Assembly (NCBI GenBank): GCA_030141605.1
Contig: JAQGDQ010000052.1
Span: 496,001-560,000 of the forward strand
Source of the DNA: Tubiluchus corallicola
Taxonomy: Eukaryota > Animalia > Priapulida
Length of the DNA stretch: 64,000 bases
Direction of reading: 5' to 3'
Below are positions 40,801 to 64,000 of the stretch, piece by piece. The number at the start of each line of letters is the position of its first letter. Position 1 is the stretch's first letter. The translations under genes were made by a program, and so were the position numbers. The notes under the pieces were generated by a model. The model did no database searches and was not told where the DNA came from. It saw nothing but the letters and a program-made list of their open reading frames with translations.

Positions 40801-41331
40801 ATGCCTGGAAAAACCTGCCTTATCGTGTAGTCAAGCCCACTAGTTAAGCGCAACTCAAGGCTCGTTTGGATAAACACTGACAAAACCACCAAAAAAATAC
40901 ATTCTAACACTAACAGGCCTATGATATGAAGTCCTTCACTGGTGGCGTCTTTAGGAATATTTGCTTTTTACAGTGCACTTAGAAAAGCAGAGGGATTAAT
41001 AGCAAAATAATTAAGCTAAATCCCCATCAATTCAATTCATTGTGCAAACACGAAATTAACATTACATACATTGGCAAGTACAAAAAAATTATATGCAAGT
41101 TGAACTACAGATTACTATCATACATTATAAAAAACAGGCGTACTCCTACTTAAGTTATACCAGCTATTGAGACACAAATCGACTATTACATCAGGTGACC
41201 AGGCTACTGAAGCATACACAAAAATTGGATACACCTTTATTGCTATGAAATGAATGAACTAACCTATAACAAGATTTTATTTTGGATACTTTGCTATGAA
41301 ACTTGCAAAGAATCATATAGAAGGTTGCCAT
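16730..41331 (-). CDS. PGS1: CDP-diacylglycerol--glycerol-3-phosphate 3-phosphatidyltransferase, mitochondrial (PGP synthase), 11 coding exons, about 571 aa
   Basis: Exons: 41264-41331 (tentative), 36562-36778, 34462-34539, 31898-32112, 31356-31430, 30611-30792, 26204-26655, 25888-26010, 21828-21930, 19438-19520, 16730-16849. All phases join into 1716 nt. Motifs: LASLYLG, LLDYTRGSRG, SRTMLLPL, GLQHMKIYLFD (HKD), SGANLSNDYFTNRQDRY, GYFNLT, WTFHAKGLW, IGSPNFGYRSVHRD. Confidence 0.95.
19438..19520 (-). CDS. PGS1: PGS1 exon 10
   Basis: GYRSVHRDTELQLAIVTDNVQLQEELHK, donor gtaatt. Confidence 0.93.
20728..21800 (-). mobile_element. 5'-truncated LINE fragment (post-RT region) in PGS1 intron 9
   Basis: Minus-strand remnants FVYLGAVFTSDG, KKVFNAALMAAILCSCE and KTGRWSH..DLRVYDCGSSVQTEE; a (taac)n-type tail lies near 20728-20743. 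Confidence 0.7.
21828..21930 (-). CDS. PGS1: PGS1 exon 9 (second HxK motif)
   Basis: EFLRENWTFHAKGLWYYLPGQNLPCMTLIGSPNF-G, donor gtgaga. Confidence 0.94.
23555..25086 (+). CDS. GT7 glycosyltransferase copy 3, two coding exons: join(23555..23697,24117..25086), 370 aa; nested antisense in PGS1 intron 8
   Basis: Exon A encodes MRFRVLVRCYCFVFVFSTMTMIITLRLLSP... (TM anchor) and ends AG|gtatgc in phase 2. Acceptor tattttag at 24116 is phase 2. The catalytic exon has PYRDR, FNKG, DVD, WGWGGEDDD and a long basic C-terminal tail. Confidence 0.9.
24037..24107 (+). repeat. (TAT)n microsatellite abutting the GT7 copy 3 acceptor
   Basis: Read directly from the sequence. Confidence 0.95.
25888..26010 (-). 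CDS. PGS1: PGS1 exon 8
   Basis: VMGFYGASGILGSIPPAYTYIAK...IKLQ, donor gtaaaa. Confidence 0.92.
26204..26655 (-). CDS. PGS1: PGS1 exon 7
   Basis: GDYNEF...DTLIYPLVQMG...ASGYFNLT...LMASPQ. Confidence 0.92.
27447..27703. mobile_element. Young hAT-type MITE in PGS1 intron 6
   Basis: Perfect 15-bp TIR cagggcctatttcag and perfect 8-bp TSD agtacctg (27439-27446 and 27704-27711); 257 bp, GC-rich. Confidence 0.93.
28748..28830 (+). mobile_element. Probable single Tc1/mariner-type terminus
   Basis: TA|cagcagtcgccgcttaat followed by repeated ttaaccga motifs; no partner end found. Confidence 0.35.
30611..30792 (-). CDS. PGS1: PGS1 exon 6
   Basis: ANLSNDYFTNRQDRYMLLENCQEIADCF...; the donor gtgttg is weak but its phase fits the next exon. 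Confidence 0.9.
31356..31430 (-). CDS. PGS1: PGS1 exon 5 (first HKD motif)
   Basis: GKFSETVGLQHMKIYLFDNSIIMSG with ttttttgcag|...|gtcagt boundaries. Confidence 0.93.
31898..32112 (-). CDS. PGS1: PGS1 exon 4
   Basis: VDCL...LLDYTRGSRGEHNSRTMLLPLL...YHTPNLRG, donor gtaagc. Confidence 0.93.
33765..34375 (+). repeat. Dispersed direct repeat of about 95 bp (33765-33860 and 34276-34372)
   Basis: agcgaa(c/g)atcgac.aaatactaa...ttcctttagatac.aaaaa..ttca.ttgat...ctcacacttt occurs twice. Confidence 0.7.
34462..34539 (-). CDS. PGS1: PGS1 exon 3
   Basis: SRARCAKTRIVLASLYLGNGELEQEL with cag|...|gtaaaa boundaries. Confidence 0.92.
35675..35850 (-). repeat. Interspersed repeat; inverted copy at 63470-63645
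   Basis: The region gggcaagcccaactattt...gacatcacaaac is the reverse complement of 63470-63645; the ORF track gives similar spurious peptides for both. Confidence 0.75.
36562..36778 (-). CDS. PGS1: PGS1 exon 2
   Basis: ...APVFRVHASQIKVLREPVQFFETLK, donor AAG|gtaagc; the 5' boundary is less certain. Confidence 0.85.
39498..39947. mobile_element. Non-autonomous DNA transposon with ttccctgac subterminal repeats
   Basis: Ends cagggttcccac / gtgcaaaccctg; flanks gttttag / gtttaag; about six ttccctgac-like motifs clustered at the two ends. Confidence 0.75.
40315..40387 (+). repeat. Degenerate TTAGGG-like repeat
   Basis: ttagggttggtgttagggttagggttgagattagg...ttagggtttggtctaggg. Confidence 0.7.
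40560..40910 (+). mobile_element. 3' fragment of a CR1-like LINE
   Basis: RGHPFK and NAWKNLP-type ORF2 C-terminal remnants followed by an A-rich stretch. Confidence 0.55.
41264..41331 (-). CDS. PGS1: PGS1 candidate first coding exon (MATFYMILCKFHSKVSKIKSCY-S)
   Basis: ATG at 41331 and donor AG|gttagt in phase 2, matching the phase-2 acceptor at 36779. The peptide is basic with no acidic residues, like a mitochondrial presequence. Inferred only. Confidence 0.55.
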
Positions 41332-41559
41332 TATAGTTTTTCAAGCGGCATCTATTGGACAAATAACAGTTAAACCACATGGTAATTTTTTGCAAAAAGT
41401 TTATTCGTTATGCCTTACCATGCCTTGTGTAACTTGAAAACTTTCGTTTTCTCAATTGCTCTTGTGCAACCTTTTCTAATTCTTTATTGTGTAAGTGAAT
41501 ATTTTCAAACTTCGCAATTTCCATCCGTATCGCCAACGCGAAATGTCGGTGGTAGTGAC

Positions 41560-42295
41560 CAGAGACGCGGACCCAGTATTTTCAAGTCCGCAACTCCGCG
41601 GGTCCGCAAAAGAATAGTCAGCGGACCGTATGAAATCGTCAGATCAGCGTTCAGATGGTTTTACGAACAGGGCACCAAATATCAGTTTTGCAGCACAGTG
41701 TAGGTTTTTCCGGAATGACAAAATGACGAATCTTCCTTCTTTAGTATACCGCTGAACAATCATTTCAGTCGTCCTTAAGTTAAAATAACTCATCACTTCA
41801 TCATCGCATTCCACATCCTCACTACACCTAGAAGTCTCAAGTAGTTACACATTCACATTCATGATTCAATCTCATGATATAAAAATTAATACTTCCTTTA
41901 TCAAATTTTACTAATCTCCAGGCATTCCAACCACCCGATTAACGTACTAGATCAGTCAGTTGCCTTGCATAGCAGCAGATTGCGCGAGAAAGCAGCAAAA
42001 TCACACCAATAGCAGTGGGTGAAACAAGAGCTTTTTGGTAACGTGCACATGCAATACCGTCCAACAGTCGAAGACTGCTGGTCATTGTCGGTCCCTACAC
42101 AATTAAACATGCCCCATTATTAGAAAGGGGGTAAAAATAATTGGACATTGCACGATTTACGTATCTCGCTATCGGGCCGCGAACAATAGTTGAGAAATTA
42201 CTTAATTCCCCAGCTCCGCATTCCGCAAGAAGTTTGGGTCGGAAATCCGCATCGCAAAAATTGTTCGGATCCGGGTCCGGATGCGCGATTTTCTG
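41560..42295. mobile_element. hAT-like non-autonomous element just upstream of the PGS1 candidate start codon
   Basis: Exact 8-bp TSD gtagtgac (41552-41559 and 42296-42303), CAGA...TCTG termini and tccgca subterminal repeats. Confidence 0.75.
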
Positions 42296-42617
42296 GTAGT
42301 GACGCTACATGTACAACGGGCACGTGCGATGTTGAGCGCCGGTTGGTGCATTAGCCTCAACACCGCATTTGTACTACAGCGCTTGCGTTAAATATCTGGA
42401 AAGTACCTCACTTAGTATAGTTATACATAAAATAACAATAATAATTAATCAAAATTTTTGTGGAGCTTTTTTTTATTCCTTATTATTTTTGTAAAGTGTT
42501 GTGATATTTCACCAAATTGCATTTTAATACTATTTTTTTCACTATTTTGTCTGCTATATTCATTGTGTAATTCAATTGCAATTTTCAATTTCAATTTATT
42601 GCTCAAATACATAATTA

Positions 42618-42624
42618 CATATAT

Positions 42625-42708
<84 letters not shown>
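42618..42708. repeat. (TA)n microsatellite
   Basis: Read directly from the sequence. Confidence 0.97.
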
Positions 42709-44211
42709 AATTAACATTTTTGGTATAAATTGTATTATATAGATAAGTTAGCTAACTAATTAAATAGAAGTACACTGATACAAAATCACAGTTAAGTGCT
42801 GTATTTTTCAGTGTCAACAATGAAAGAAAAGGAAAAAATGACTTGAGTAATATTTGTTTCAGCCATTTGAATAAAAGATCATAAGAAATAAAATAATAAG
42901 GAATGAGTTGTAAAAGAATTATGATCAAAGTTTGCTGCCGTAATGCCAATTTCTTCTTCTGTGGAGAGTGGAGATAGTGTTGCCGACTTAAGTTTCTTGA
43001 ACTGATGTGGACTACGATCCAAACTTATAAATACGTGAAGCACAAAGCCTATAAAAAATAAAATAAAACCAATTAATAAACTATACTTTATGCAATGTAT
43101 AATTATACAGACATGTTTAAAATTTCTTAACTTTTAAGCATTTGAATACTTCACAGATTTTAATTCAGTTAAATTCAGTTTATTCACTCAAATATGTGAG
43201 AAAAAAATAATATTGAAAAATGGGCTATGATTTATTAAAACTTAGTAGCTTCAATAAATTAACACATAATTAAACAAACAAAAAAGTTTAATTAATAATT
43301 AACTAGGACTAATAATATTAAAGCATACAGATATTTACATTAAACAAAATAATATTATGTTCACCCAGCATTCCTCATTATTGTTTGTGTGTGGTATAGA
43401 GAGTTTTGTTTGACCTACAGAGTATGCATTCACTGATAAGGGTCAGACTTATTGTTGGAACAAAAATACCAAAATGCAATTCATTTATAACAAATTATTG
43501 TTCATTTGTAGAACTCAGTAATCTAACAATTTGCATTACTTATCTTATTTCACTGCTGTACAATGACAATAATGTAAGGTTTTTATTAGTTTACAATGAA
43601 ATAAACTTGATAGACCTATTTCACTTCAATGGTATTCTTGCACAGAGAAAATATGTTTGATGATGCGGCAAGGTTTCACCTAGCTGCCCATAATGGTCTG
43701 TACTACACATAGACATAGACATAGACATAGACTACAATACTTCGTATGAGGAAAATTCAAAGGAGATACTAAACAAAATGTTATTATTAGTTAGTATTTA
43801 TTATTACACGTAATTAGGCCAAAACAGTGGGCCTCCTTAAGTTTAAGAAGTATATAATATCAAAAAATATTGGATTCATGTTCATCCTAATGACTACTAT
43901 TCATAATTTTAGTAAAATTAAAATTTAAAATCTGAATAATAATTATCTTAATATTTCTAGGTAATAAATGAAATTAAAAACGACGATTAACCTCAAAACG
44001 ATTTAGAAGCATTAATGAAGTTCAGTTTCCGTTGCTGTACGTAGTACGTACCACTATGTAGGGACTATCTAGGCGATTAGACCAGCTCTAAGAGCGCGTG
44101 CGGCATATGGGCTAGGGCACCAAACGGCTCCCAACATACATTTTTGTTCCGCATCGGCAAAACTGTGTTGGTTAAAATCTTACAATATTTACTAACTGTG
44201 TTTAATGAAAT

Positions 44212-64000
<19,789 letters not shown>

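Noticed and set aside
42445-42742. YIYIYI ORFs on both strands (also 60948-61151)
   Set aside because: They are translations of (TA)n microsatellites.

Overview
AT-rich, intron-rich animal (probably invertebrate) genomic DNA; there is no prokaryotic content. The + strand carries three paralogous GT7 (beta-1,4-galactosyltransferase family) genes. Each has its whole catalytic domain in one exon; for copies 2 and 3 a phase-matched upstream type II membrane-anchor exon is visible. All three have the K228/G229/L289 combination (bovine beta4GalT1 numbering), which points to HexNAc, possibly GlcNAc, transfer rather than Gal. An 11-exon PGS1 gene lies on the - strand (16730-41331), and GT7 copy 3 is nested antisense in its intron 8; copy 3 is a mosaic of copies 1 and 2. 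A histidyl-tRNA synthetase gene starts head-to-head with PGS1 at 44212 and runs off the window. It shows a candidate alternative mitochondrial-targeting first exon, a GC-AG intron, a U12-type intron and a duplicated 3' splice site. The rest is degenerate LINEs, a deleted pogo-like transposon, several MITEs and simple or tandem repeats. All exon models were read by eye and have no transcript support.
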